Below are positions 17,564 to 26,433 of a DNA stretch of 64,000 nucleotides, one piece after another (the first letter of the stretch is position 1; every line of letters starts with the position of its first letter). Source of the stretch: an uncultured Clostridia bacterium (GTDB lineage Bacteria > Bacillota_I > Bacilli_A > RF39 > UBA660); contig CAMJWT010000008.1 of NCBI GenBank assembly GCA_946409545.1, positions 789 to 64,788 on the forward strand, written 5' to 3'. The notes under the pieces are model-generated. The model saw only the letters and a program-made list of their open reading frames with translations, was not told the origin of the DNA and ran no database searches. The position numbers and the translations under genes were made by a program.

Positions 17564-19348
17564 ATGAAATTCTCTTTGCTATTTTTCACATATTTATTTA
17601 GCTTTTTTTACATAGTATTTTTAGCTATAGTTTATTTTTCAAAAGGTAGACTTAATAATAATGAAAATAAAATTTATAAAAAATTAATAATTACAAATAT
17701 TGTTGGTATTGTTATTCAAATATTTTGTGAGTTCTTTTCAGCTTTTGATATAAAAATGCTGAATTATGTAGCAACTAAGTTGTTATTAGTATATTTCATT
17801 GTTTGGATTGCACAGTTTTTAGGATATGTTTTAGAAATTTCAAACATTAGAGATATTAGAATAAAAAAAGTAAATATGTTTTTAGTTATAGTTTTTTCTC
17901 TTATTGTTTTTATATTACCTTATGAAGCATATATAAATCAAAATGAAGGTATTTATTATACCAGTGGTTTAGATACAAAGTTTACGTACGTCTTATCAAT
18001 TATATATACAACTTCAATTTCAGTTATATCATTTTTTAAACGTAAGATTATTTCCACGAAGAAGGCAGTACCAATTTATATGTTGGTTGTATTCTTTATA
18101 ATATCAGGATTAATTCAATTCTTTAGACCAGAATTAACAATTATCGTTCAAATAGAAACATTCATATGTTTGATTATGTATTTTACAATTGAAAATCCGG
18201 ATGTAAAAATGTTAAATGAATTGTATCGTAACCGAGAACTAATGGAACAAGGATATGAAGATAAATATAACTTTTTATTTGAAATGACCCAAGATGCAAA
18301 AAAACCTTTGCTTGATTTGAATCGTGTATGTAGTGAATTAAGATTAACTGAAGATCCACAAAAATTTAAAGATGGATTAGCGGTTATTAATAATTTAACA
18401 AGACAATTAGATTTTTCAATCAATAATGTTCTAAATGTTTCGTCATTTGATGTCCAAAAATTAAAACTAATTGATACTAAATATGATATCTTAAAGGTTT
18501 GCGAAGGACTAGAAGCAACTATTAGAGGAGAAGTAAAAGAAAATGTTAGCTTTAACGTTGAAATGCCAAAGAATGCACCAATTCTTTATGGCGATTATAT
18601 GAAGTTAAGACAAATATTATACTCACTTCTTAATAATGCATGTAAAAACACTAATGATGGAAACATAAATTTCAGATTAAATATTATTGAAAAATATGAC
18701 TTCAGTAGATTGATATTTAATATATCAGATACTGGTGTTGGTATGTCTATTGATAAGATTAATGATATCTTAAGCGCAACAGGTGAACTTGATAAAAACG
18801 AACTTGAAATTCTTGAAAAGAAAGAGTTCAACTTCAAGGTTTGTCAAAAAGTTGTTAAGATTATGGGTGGAAATATAATGATTAAATCTACAGTTGGTAA
18901 GGGAACAGATTTAACCTTAACATTGGATCAAAGAGTATACCATGAAGAAGAAAATAGTATTTTAAATGAATATGAAAATATAATCAGTGCTAAAAAAAGA
19001 GTATTAATGGTAATACAAAATAAAGATTTAGTTGCTTATATTAAGAAAAAATTAAATATGAATAATATAGATTATTCTGCGTTTGCCTTTGGCGGTGATG
19101 CTGTTGATAGATTGAAAGCTGGTAAAGAATTTGACTATATAATAGTTGAAGATGAAATGAAAGAAATGAGTGGTATGGCAACTCTTCAAGAGTTCAAGAA
19201 ACTTAAAGGCTTTAATACTCCAGTTATTACTGTTTTAGGAAAGAATAAAGAAAATATTAAACATCATTATCTTGAAGATGGTTTTGCTGACTATATTCTT
19301 GCTGACAAGCTAGAAGATGAGTTAATTAGAATAATTAATAAATATTAA
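17564..19348 (+). CDS. membrane-bound histidine-kinase-like protein with degenerate H-box and C-terminal receiver-like domain
   Basis: 594 aa with ~7 N-terminal TM helices. The HisKA-like block FLFEMTQDAKKPL aligns to FLANMSHELRTPL with Q at the His position. HATPase_c N/G boxes: LNNACKNT, DTGVGM, GKGTDLTL. The C-terminal CheY-like domain lacks the acidic pair (VIQNKD). Confidence 0.75.
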   Translation: MKFSLLFFTYLFSFFYIVFLAIVYFSKGRLNNNENKIYKKLIITNIVGIVIQIFCEFFSAFDIKMLNYVATKLLLVYFIVWIAQFLGYVLEISNIRDIRIKKVNMFLVIVFSLIVFILPYEAYINQNEGIYYTSGLDTKFTYVLSIIYTTSISVISFFKRKIISTKKAVPIYMLVVFFIISGLIQFFRPELTIIVQIETFICLIMYFTIENPDVKMLNELYRNRELMEQGYEDKYNFLFEMTQDAKKPLLDLNRVCSELRLTEDPQKFKDGLAVINNLTRQLDFSINNVLNVSSFDVQKLKLIDTKYDILKVCEGLEATIRGEVKENVSFNVEMPKNAPILYGDYMKLRQILYSLLNNACKNTNDGNINFRLNIIEKYDFSRLIFNISDTGVGMSIDKINDILSATGELDKNELEILEKKEFNFKVCQKVVKIMGGNIMIKSTVGKGTDLTLTLDQRVYHEEENSILNEYENIISAKKRVLMVIQNKDLVAYIKKKLNMNNIDYSAFAFGGDAVDRLKAGKEFDYIIVEDEMKEMSGMATLQEFKKLKGFNTPVITVLGKNKENIKHHYLEDGFADYILADKLEDELIRIINKY

Positions 19349-19367
19349 AGGACTTTTGTCCTTTTTT
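19347..19367 (+). terminator. rho-independent terminator
   Basis: AAAGGAC-tttt-GTCCTTT hairpin followed by a T-run. Overlaps the stop codon. Confidence 0.7.
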
Positions 19368-19399
19368 CTTTACAAAAAAATATTAATAGAGTATACTCA

Positions 19400-19545
19400 A
19401 TGTATAAATTTAGTAATTAATGCGATGAAGGTGTGGAAAACTGGAGCTATTAAGTTAAAGGGATTCTTTGGAATAAATAGAGTGGAACCGCGGAGTAATT
19501 CGTCTCTATGATACAAAAAGAGTCTCTTTTTTATTTTAGGGAGAT
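19400..19545 (+). promoter_or_regulatory. T-box leader (tRNA-sensing riboswitch) controlling glyQS
   Basis: Conserved T-box core AGAGUGGAACCGCGG (19479-19493) inside an ATAGAG...CUCUAU antiterminator-like helix. T-run at 19526-19532. Lies directly upstream of glyQS. Candidate promoter TTTACA/TATACT at ~19370-19398. Confidence 0.65.
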
Positions 19546-19551
19546 GATAGT

Positions 19552-20916
19552 ATGAAAATGGAAGACTTAGTTAATTACTGTAAACAATATGGTTTTGTAT
19601 TTCCAGGAAGTGAAATCTATGGTGGTTTTGCGAATACTTGGGATTTTGGACCTGTTGGAGTAGAACTTAAAAACAATGTAAAAAGATGTTGGTGGAAAAG
19701 ATTTGTTCAAGAAGATCCAAAGACATATGGAGTTGATGCGGCAATTCTTATGAACCCAAGAACTTGGGCTGCTTCTGGTCATATTGATTCTTTTAGTGAT
19801 CCAAAAATGGATTGTAAGAAATGTAAACAAAGGTTTAGAGCCGATAACTTAATTGAAGAATTCTCAAAAGGTGAAGTTAGTGCGGAAGGTATGACTAACG
19901 AAGAAATGATGAAATATATTGAAGACAATCATGTAGTATGTCCTAATTGTCATGGCTTTAATTGGTCTGAAATTCGTCAATTTAAATTAATGTTTGAAAC
20001 TAGTCGTGGTACTGTAGAAGGTGAGAAAGATACGGTTTATCTTCGTCCTGAAACTTGCCAAGGTGAATATGTTAACTTTATGAATATTCAAAGAAGTATG
20101 CGTGCTAAACTTCCTTTTGCAATTGCGCAAATTGGTAAGAGTTTCCGTAATGAAATTACACCAGGTAACTTCTTATTTAGAACAATTGAATTTGAACAAA
20201 TGGAATTACAAAAATTCTGTAAAGATAGTGAGTCTATGGATATCTTTGCTGATTATAAAGAAAGAGCTTTAAAGTTTGTTGAAGATTTAGGTTTACCTAG
20301 TGATAAACTTCGTTTCCATGATCATGATAAACTTGCTCATTATGCTAAATGTGCTTGTGATATTCAATATAATTTTCCTATTGGTTGGGAAGAATTGAAT
20401 GGTATTCATCATCGTGGTACTTGGGATTTATCAAGACATAGTGAATTCTCTGGTGAGAAACTAGAATATCTTGACCCTGATACTAATGAAAAATATATTC
20501 CAACAATTATTGAATATTCTATTGGTGCTGATAGATTAACATTAGCGTTATTATGTCAAGGTTATGAAAATCAAACATTAGAAGATGGTAGTACAAGAGA
20601 AGTTATGCATTTACTTCCAGCTCTTGCTCCTTATAAAGTTTGTGTACTTCCTTTAATTAAGAAAAATCATAGTGAAAAAGCAATGGAAGTATTTAATATG
20701 TTAGCTAAGAATTTCTCAACAACTTATGATGAAACAGCTAATATTGGTAAACGTTATAGAAGACAAGATGCTATTGGTACACCATTCTGTGTAACTGTTG
20801 ATGATGAAACAATTAATAATAATACAGTAACTATTCGTGATCGTGATACAATGGAACAAATTACTTTACCACTTGATGAAGTAATTAGTTATATTGAAGA
20901 AAGAGTTAAGTTTTAA
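19552..20916 (+). CDS. glyQS: glycine--tRNA ligase (homodimeric class II type)
   Basis: 454 aa. N-terminus MKMEDLVNYCKQYGFVFPGSEIYGGFANTWDFGPVGVELKNNVK is typical of alpha2 GlyRS. RBS GGGAG. Confidence 0.9.
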   Translation: MKMEDLVNYCKQYGFVFPGSEIYGGFANTWDFGPVGVELKNNVKRCWWKRFVQEDPKTYGVDAAILMNPRTWAASGHIDSFSDPKMDCKKCKQRFRADNLIEEFSKGEVSAEGMTNEEMMKYIEDNHVVCPNCHGFNWSEIRQFKLMFETSRGTVEGEKDTVYLRPETCQGEYVNFMNIQRSMRAKLPFAIAQIGKSFRNEITPGNFLFRTIEFEQMELQKFCKDSESMDIFADYKERALKFVEDLGLPSDKLRFHDHDKLAHYAKCACDIQYNFPIGWEELNGIHHRGTWDLSRHSEFSGEKLEYLDPDTNEKYIPTIIEYSIGADRLTLALLCQGYENQTLEDGSTREVMHLLPALAPYKVCVLPLIKKNHSEKAMEVFNMLAKNFSTTYDETANIGKRYRRQDAIGTPFCVTVDDETINNNTVTIRDRDTMEQITLPLDEVISYIEERVKF

Positions 20917-21626
20917 TGAATTTAGTTTTAATTGGTGGAGGTAATAATGGCCATACCCGAAGTGATGGCACAAAAACCCCATATGAATTAAAAGAAATAG
21001 ATGAATATGTTAGTACTTTAACTAATGATAAAAAATTATTATTTATAGGTCACGCTAATAAAGAATTTGAAAGAACTTACTTTAAGACAATCAAAGAGAT
21101 ATATGAACCTTTTGGTTTCGAATGTAAAATAATGAAATTAAATTTTATAAAGAATCAAGATAAATGTAGAGAATTATTAGATTGGGCTAGTGTTATCTAT
21201 ATTGGTGGTGGTAATACCAAAGTTATGCTTGATAAGTGGAAAGAATATAATTTTACAGAATTATTTCTTTCGTACTTAGATAAAAAAATAATTGTTGGTA
21301 TATCAGCAGGAGCTTGCATTTTCTTTAAAAAGTTTAATACAGATTCGTTATTACAAGAAACTGGTGAATATAAAATAATAGATGGTCTTAATGTTATTTC
21401 TTATATGATGACGCCTCATGCTAATGATCTAGAAAGATTAAAAGTAACTAATGATTATATTAAAGATAATGATATTATTAATTTATCTTTTAGTAAAAGT
21501 ATTGCTCTTCATATAAAAGATGATAATTATAAAATTATTAAATGTAAGTTAGATGATTTTAAACCTTTTTTGAAAGTCAATAATAAAGAAATAACTAAAG
21601 ATGGTTTATTAAGTAAGATTATCTAA
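20916..21626 (+). CDS. peptidase E-like (S51 family) protein
   Basis: 236 aa. IYIGGGNT and GISAGA (nucleophile Ser) motifs. Overlaps the glyQS stop. Confidence 0.7.
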   Translation: MNLVLIGGGNNGHTRSDGTKTPYELKEIDEYVSTLTNDKKLLFIGHANKEFERTYFKTIKEIYEPFGFECKIMKLNFIKNQDKCRELLDWASVIYIGGGNTKVMLDKWKEYNFTELFLSYLDKKIIVGISAGACIFFKKFNTDSLLQETGEYKIIDGLNVISYMMTPHANDLERLKVTNDYIKDNDIINLSFSKSIALHIKDDNYKIIKCKLDDFKPFLKVNNKEITKDGLLSKII

Positions 21627-21631
21627 TAAAA

Positions 21632-21657
21632 AAGAAACCTTTGTGTTTCTTTTTTTA
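21632..21657 (+). terminator. rho-independent terminator
   Basis: AAGAAAC-ctttgt-GTTTCTT hairpin followed by TTTTTT. Confidence 0.65.
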
Positions 21658-21764
21658 TACTGTAAAGAAAGTGAAAAATAATTCTAAATTATTGCGTCAA
21701 TATGCCTAAATGCTTTATAATTATTATGTATAGTAGTAGAGGAGGCGATTATAAGAGAATAATT

Positions 21765-22877
21765 ATGCGTTTAGATAGAAAGATATTTGTTCTAGGATTG
21801 TTTTTCTTCATAGTGATGACTATTTCAGGCATTTATTCTTTATCTAATACAATTGATAGTATAGAAAATCCCTTATCTATTGCTTATGTAGATATTGAGT
21901 TAACTACGGATATAGGTGATTCAGTGGTTTTACCTGGTGAATTAATATCATTAAATCCTAAGGTAAAAAACATTGGAATCGATTGCTATCTTCGATTTAA
22001 AATAGAATACTTTGTTAATGATACTAAAAAGAATTACGAAGAGTTATCTATTACAGTTGATTCAAATGATTGGGTAAAGAAAGGTGATTATTTCTATTAC
22101 AAAGAAGTATTTAAGAGAAATAATAATGTTTTATTGTTTGATAATTTATTAATACCATCAACTTATGACAATAAGTATAAAGATAGTGAATTAGAGATTA
22201 AGATTACAGCAGAAGCTATTCAAGCTGATAATTTTAATCAAGATTTAAATTCAAATTCACCTTGGGGAGATGTTCCTATTAAGAAGAAGGTTGAAAGAAA
22301 TTATTCACTTGATACTGAAGGTACGCAAACAATAATTTATGAAAATAATTCAGATCGATATCTAACTGTTGATTCTAAATTCTTTAATGGTTTAGTTAAT
22401 CTAAAACCAGGAGATGTTAAAACTGATTATATTAATGTAGATAATACTAGCAAAGGTAAACTTGCATTATATTTAAAAGTAGAATCAGATATTACATATC
22501 AAGTTGAAAAAGAGTTATTAGAAACAATTAAGTTAACTATTACTGATAGTTCAAATAACACTTTGTATGACGGACCATTATTAAATAGTGTTAATAACTA
22601 TCTAAAGACTTATAATAAAAATGAAAAAGATAAGTTAACATTAAAAATTAGTGTTCCACATGATGTAGATAACGAATATAGTGGTTTGTTATCAAAGATA
22701 ATTTGGAGTTTATCATGTGAAGAAGAAAATGTCCCAGTACCAAAAACAGGAGACGAAAAATTAGATGTGTCTATTAAAATGTTTATTCTTTCATTTATTG
22801 GATTTATAATGTGTTTAATATTTGGAAAAATGAATAATGATAGAGAAGAAAAAATAAGAAAGAAAGAGGAGAATTAA
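21765..22877 (+). CDS. secreted TapA-position protein with SipW-type N-terminal region and C-terminal sortase-like sorting signal (PVPKTGD + TM + charged tail)
   Basis: Start chosen at MRLDRKIFVLGLFFF (signal-like), which differs from the 21702 track start. LSNTIDSIENPLSIAYVDIEL resembles the TasA-type pro-region. C-terminus: VPVPKTGDEKLDVS-IKMFILSFIGFIMCLIFG-KMNNDREEKIRKKEEN. Confidence 0.6.
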   Translation: MRLDRKIFVLGLFFFIVMTISGIYSLSNTIDSIENPLSIAYVDIELTTDIGDSVVLPGELISLNPKVKNIGIDCYLRFKIEYFVNDTKKNYEELSITVDSNDWVKKGDYFYYKEVFKRNNNVLLFDNLLIPSTYDNKYKDSELEIKITAEAIQADNFNQDLNSNSPWGDVPIKKKVERNYSLDTEGTQTIIYENNSDRYLTVDSKFFNGLVNLKPGDVKTDYINVDNTSKGKLALYLKVESDITYQVEKELLETIKLTITDSSNNTLYDGPLLNSVNNYLKTYNKNEKDKLTLKISVPHDVDNEYSGLLSKIIWSLSCEEENVPVPKTGDEKLDVSIKMFILSFIGFIMCLIFGKMNNDREEKIRKKEEN

Positions 22878-23486
22878 ATGAAGAAAAGAAAATTATTATT
22901 AGCTGCCATTGCTTTACTATTAGTATTTGGAATTGGTAGCACAATTGCATATTTAACTGATACAGAATCACAAACAAACGTATTTACAATGGGTAAGGTT
23001 GATATTACATTAAGTGAAGGAAATTGGAATGCCAATAATGCAAAAGGTATGGTTCCAGGACAAACTGTTGTAAAGGAACCAACTATTACAAATGTTGGAG
23101 AATCAAAAGCTTATGTATTTATTCAAGTTGTTGAACCTTGCGTAAATGGTAAAAAAGTATTTGATTATACAGTAAATACTGGATGGGTACCAAAAGATGG
23201 TACAGCTGCTGCTTGTGCTGCTGACTCAGATAGTGATATCACAACAGTTTATGCTTATGGATCTGCTAGTGCAATGACTGTTACTCAAAAAAATGATGTA
23301 ACTGCAAAATTATTTGATAATGTTACTTTAAATACAACTTTAAATACAACTGATTTAGATGAATTAAGTGCAAGAGATACAACTAATCATGAAGTTAATG
23401 TTGTTGTAACAGGATATGGAATTCAAAGTGAAAATTTAGGAGCAACAACACCAACAGCTGTTTGGGCAAAATATTCTTCTAACTAA
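22878..23486 (+). CDS. TasA/camelysin (peptidase M73)-like secreted protein with SipW-cognate signal peptide
   Basis: MKKRKLLLAAIALLLVFGIGSTIAYLTDTESQTNVFTMGKVDITL. The pattern A-Y/F-x-D-x5-N/T-x-F-x-x-G-x-hydrophobic-D-hydrophobic is the hallmark of TasA/CalY-type N-termini. Confidence 0.7.
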   Translation: MKKRKLLLAAIALLLVFGIGSTIAYLTDTESQTNVFTMGKVDITLSEGNWNANNAKGMVPGQTVVKEPTITNVGESKAYVFIQVVEPCVNGKKVFDYTVNTGWVPKDGTAAACAADSDSDITTVYAYGSASAMTVTQKNDVTAKLFDNVTLNTTLNTTDLDELSARDTTNHEVNVVVTGYGIQSENLGATTPTAVWAKYSSN

Positions 23487-23502
23487 TTAATGATTTAGAG
23501 TT

Positions 23503-23985
23503 ATGAAAGCAATAAAGAATATAATCGATATTGTATTAACATTAGTCATAGTTATTTGCGTTGCCGTTGGTGGATTATATTTATTTAATATAAAACCTTA
23601 TGTTGTTTTATCTGGTTCTATGGAACCTGAGATACATACTGGAAGTTTGGCTTTTATTGATCATAGTGCTAAATTTGATGATATTAGAGAAAATGACATT
23701 ATTGCCTTTAATTTAAATGGTACGATGGTTACTCATAGAGTAGCAGAAGTAAATGCTCAAGGTTTAATAACCAAAGGTGATGCCAATTCAACTGTTGATG
23801 GTGGAGTTGTAACAGCAGAGAATTTTGTTGGGAAGACATTATTTAGTGTTCCTAAGGTTGGATATCTTGTAAAAGTTATTCAATCAAAAAATGGGAAGAT
23901 CATTTTTATAGCAGGTATCGTTCTTATGTTTGTATTATCATTTATTGGTGATAACAAAGAAAAACCTGATTATATAAAACAGTAA
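23503..23985 (+). CDS. sipW: signal peptidase I, SipW (archaeal/ER-like) type
   Basis: 160 aa. N-terminal TM, SGSMEPEIHTGSL (catalytic-Ser box), TKGDANS box, C-terminal TM. Confidence 0.8.
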   Translation: MKAIKNIIDIVLTLVIVICVAVGGLYLFNIKPYVVLSGSMEPEIHTGSLAFIDHSAKFDDIRENDIIAFNLNGTMVTHRVAEVNAQGLITKGDANSTVDGGVVTAENFVGKTLFSVPKVGYLVKVIQSKNGKIIFIAGIVLMFVLSFIGDNKEKPDYIKQ

Positions 23986-24097
23986 TATAACTTAATATGT
24001 GAATTTATATATATAAAGGAACAATATGCATAATAAGTATGATTGTTAGAACATTGATAATATACTTAAAATGCTATTGTTCCTTTCAATAGTAAAT

Positions 24098-24125
24098 AAA
24101 AGTCACTTTTTAGTGACTTTTTTAT
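24098..24125 (+). terminator. rho-independent terminator
   Basis: AAAGTCACT-tttt-AGTGACTTT 9-bp hairpin followed by a T-run. Confidence 0.75.
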
Positions 24126-24147
24126 TTTATATAGTATAATAATTAGC

Positions 24148-25167
24148 ATGAATCAAATCGAATTTAGTGAAGTTATTAATTATTTTAAATATGATAGTAA
24201 GACTAATATTGAGTTTCGTAACAAATTAGTTGATGTTTTTAAATATAAAAATGTTACGGTTCTTTTTAGTGGAAGTTATTATGCAGCAATTAATGGAAGA
24301 ATTCCTTATTATGTTGGTAAAGCTCTAGAAGAAAAATATGATAATAGAGAATATCACATAAGAGTTGATGGTGGTGGCGACGATTGGAAACTAGATGATC
24401 ATATCGTTGATGATCAGTATCTTTCGGATATGAAGTCTTTTAGTCCTCAAAACTATGGAAAAATAAAGTTTGATTTTATAAACCGTGATAATAAAGATAA
24501 ATTTTTACCATGTTATCATATTGATACTTTAGAAGGGTTAATCGCTTTCTTTATAGAATATTTAGATATTAAATATGATTATAATGATGTTTATCGAGAT
24601 ATTAGTAATAAATTATATAAAAAGTACCAACAAAATACTAATAATATTCAATATAAAGATGGTTATTATGCAACCCTTAATGATGAAAAAAATAATCGTT
24701 TAAGAGTAGAACTTAGAGAACTAATTAATAAGTTTGATAGTTTAATTAATCCTTTTAATAAAGATTTTGATAGCTTATTTGATATATTTAAAATAAAATA
24801 TGATCCTGATGGAATAAAAATGACTATTGATGAAAATGAACTTTTTTCATCACAACCAGGTAATAATTTTAGTTATCGACTAAAATATATGGTTAATCCT
24901 GATTCATCATATTTCTTTAGTCATTATTTTGAAGATGGTAGTGAAAAGTTTGTTATTGCATATCATGGTGAAGATAAAAATGATGATTATCATATGTTTT
25001 ATGATTTAACTAATAATACTATTATGAGAAGACCATATAGTAACAATGAAAGTCTTACAGATAATGATCTTATGTTTCTTATTGAAGAATTAAAAAACGG
25101 TATTTATATTTTAGAAAACATCGTATATCAAGGCAATAAAAGATTAATTAAATGTTGTAATAAATAA
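24148..25167 (+). CDS. hypothetical cytoplasmic protein
   Basis: 339-aa ORF with no recognisable motif. TATAAT at 24132-24137 lies only ~10 nt upstream of the ATG and there is no RBS, so this may be a leaderless mRNA. Confidence 0.65.
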   Translation: MNQIEFSEVINYFKYDSKTNIEFRNKLVDVFKYKNVTVLFSGSYYAAINGRIPYYVGKALEEKYDNREYHIRVDGGGDDWKLDDHIVDDQYLSDMKSFSPQNYGKIKFDFINRDNKDKFLPCYHIDTLEGLIAFFIEYLDIKYDYNDVYRDISNKLYKKYQQNTNNIQYKDGYYATLNDEKNNRLRVELRELINKFDSLINPFNKDFDSLFDIFKIKYDPDGIKMTIDENELFSSQPGNNFSYRLKYMVNPDSSYFFSHYFEDGSEKFVIAYHGEDKNDDYHMFYDLTNNTIMRRPYSNNESLTDNDLMFLIEELKNGIYILENIVYQGNKRLIKCCNK

Positions 25168-25199
25168 AAAAATTAGATATTATTTAAATGGAGGATAAA

Positions 25200-25493
25200 A
25201 TGAGTAAAAAGATAGATAAAAAAGAATTTGATGAAGTAATTAAAAGTGAAAAAGTTGTTCTTGTAGACTTTTATGCTGATTGGTGTGGACCATGTAGAAT
25301 GTTAGGTCCTATTATGGATGAAATTAGTAAAGAACATGATGTATATAAAATAAATGTTGATGAAGAAGAAGAACTTGCTGCTTCTTTTGGTATTATGTCT
25401 ATACCATGTGTTGTTTTCTTTAAAGAAGGAAAAGAAGTAAATAGATTTGTTGGACTTCGTTCTAAAACTGAAATTTTAGATATGTTAAAGTAG
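25200..25493 (+). CDS. trxA: thioredoxin
   Basis: Start at ATG 25200 after GGAGG; the track start at 25188 lies inside the RBS. Active site WCGPC. Confidence 0.9.
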   Translation: MSKKIDKKEFDEVIKSEKVVLVDFYADWCGPCRMLGPIMDEISKEHDVYKINVDEEEELAASFGIMSIPCVVFFKEGKEVNRFVGLRSKTEILDMLK

Positions 25494-25499
25494 GTTATT

Positions 25500-26384
25500 A
25501 TGTATGATATTATAATTATTGGTGCTGGACCCAGTGGAATGACGGCGGCTTTATATGCATTACGAGCTAATAAAAAAGTTTTAGTACTTGAAGCTTTAAC
25601 ATATGGTGGCCAAATTATTAATACTTTAAGAATAGATAATTATCCAGCGGCTCCGCATATAAGTGGAGTTGACTTTGCAACTAATTTATATAATCAAATT
25701 ATGGAAATGGGTTGTGAATTTAAATTTGAAAAAGTAGTCAATATAAAAGATCATACTGTTATAACAAATGAAAATAAATATGATGGACGTGCCATTATTA
25801 TTGCAACTGGTGCAACTAATAAAAAGTTAGGTCTTCCTCTTGAAGATAAGTTTATAGGTAGAGGTATATCTTACTGTGCAACTTGTGATGGTAATTTCTA
25901 TAAAGGAAAAGTTGTTGCGGTTAATGGTGGTGGTAATACGGCTATTGAAGATGCAATCTATTTATCAAACATTTGTTCTAAAGTATATTTGATCCATCGA
26001 AGAGATGAATTTAGAGCAAGTGAAGTAACTGTTGATGAGTTAAAAAACAAAGAAAACGTTGAATTTATTCTTAATAGTCAAATAACAAGTCTTGTTGGTA
26101 ATGATAAACTAGAAAAAATAATTATTAACAATGATCGTGAATTAGTTATTGATGGCTTATTTGTTGCTATTGGACAAGTACCTGAAACAAATAATTTCAC
26201 TAATGGTTTAAATCTTGATGAAAGTGGTTATATTGTATCAGATGATATGAAAACAGATATTCCTGGTCTTTATGTATGTGGTGATGTAAGAAGTAAATCT
26301 CTTCGTCAGTTAACAACAGCTATTAGTGATGGAGCTATTGCAGCAACTTGTGCGATTAATGATATTAATAATAAAATAATATAA
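25500..26384 (+). CDS. trxB: thioredoxin-disulfide reductase
   Basis: GAGPSG FAD-binding motif, CATCDG redox-active disulfide, GGGNTA NADPH-binding motif. Confidence 0.9.
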   Translation: MYDIIIIGAGPSGMTAALYALRANKKVLVLEALTYGGQIINTLRIDNYPAAPHISGVDFATNLYNQIMEMGCEFKFEKVVNIKDHTVITNENKYDGRAIIIATGATNKKLGLPLEDKFIGRGISYCATCDGNFYKGKVVAVNGGGNTAIEDAIYLSNICSKVYLIHRRDEFRASEVTVDELKNKENVEFILNSQITSLVGNDKLEKIIINNDRELVIDGLFVAIGQVPETNNFTNGLNLDESGYIVSDDMKTDIPGLYVCGDVRSKSLRQLTTAISDGAIAATCAINDINNKII

Positions 26385-26406
26385 AGACAGCAATGTCTTT
26401 TTTTTA
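26385..26406 (+). terminator. rho-independent terminator
   Basis: AAGACA-gcaa-TGTCTT hairpin followed by TTTTTT. Confidence 0.65.
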
Positions 26407-26433
26407 TGTTATAATACTTACGAAGGAGGCCTT

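Noticed and set aside
21702-21764. Upstream extension of the TapA-position ORF (MPKCFIIIMYSSRGGDYKRIIM...)
   Set aside because: There is no RBS at 21702. The extension precedes a typical signal-peptide n-region (MRLDRKIF...). The true start is probably 21765, though its RBS is weak, so some ambiguity remains.
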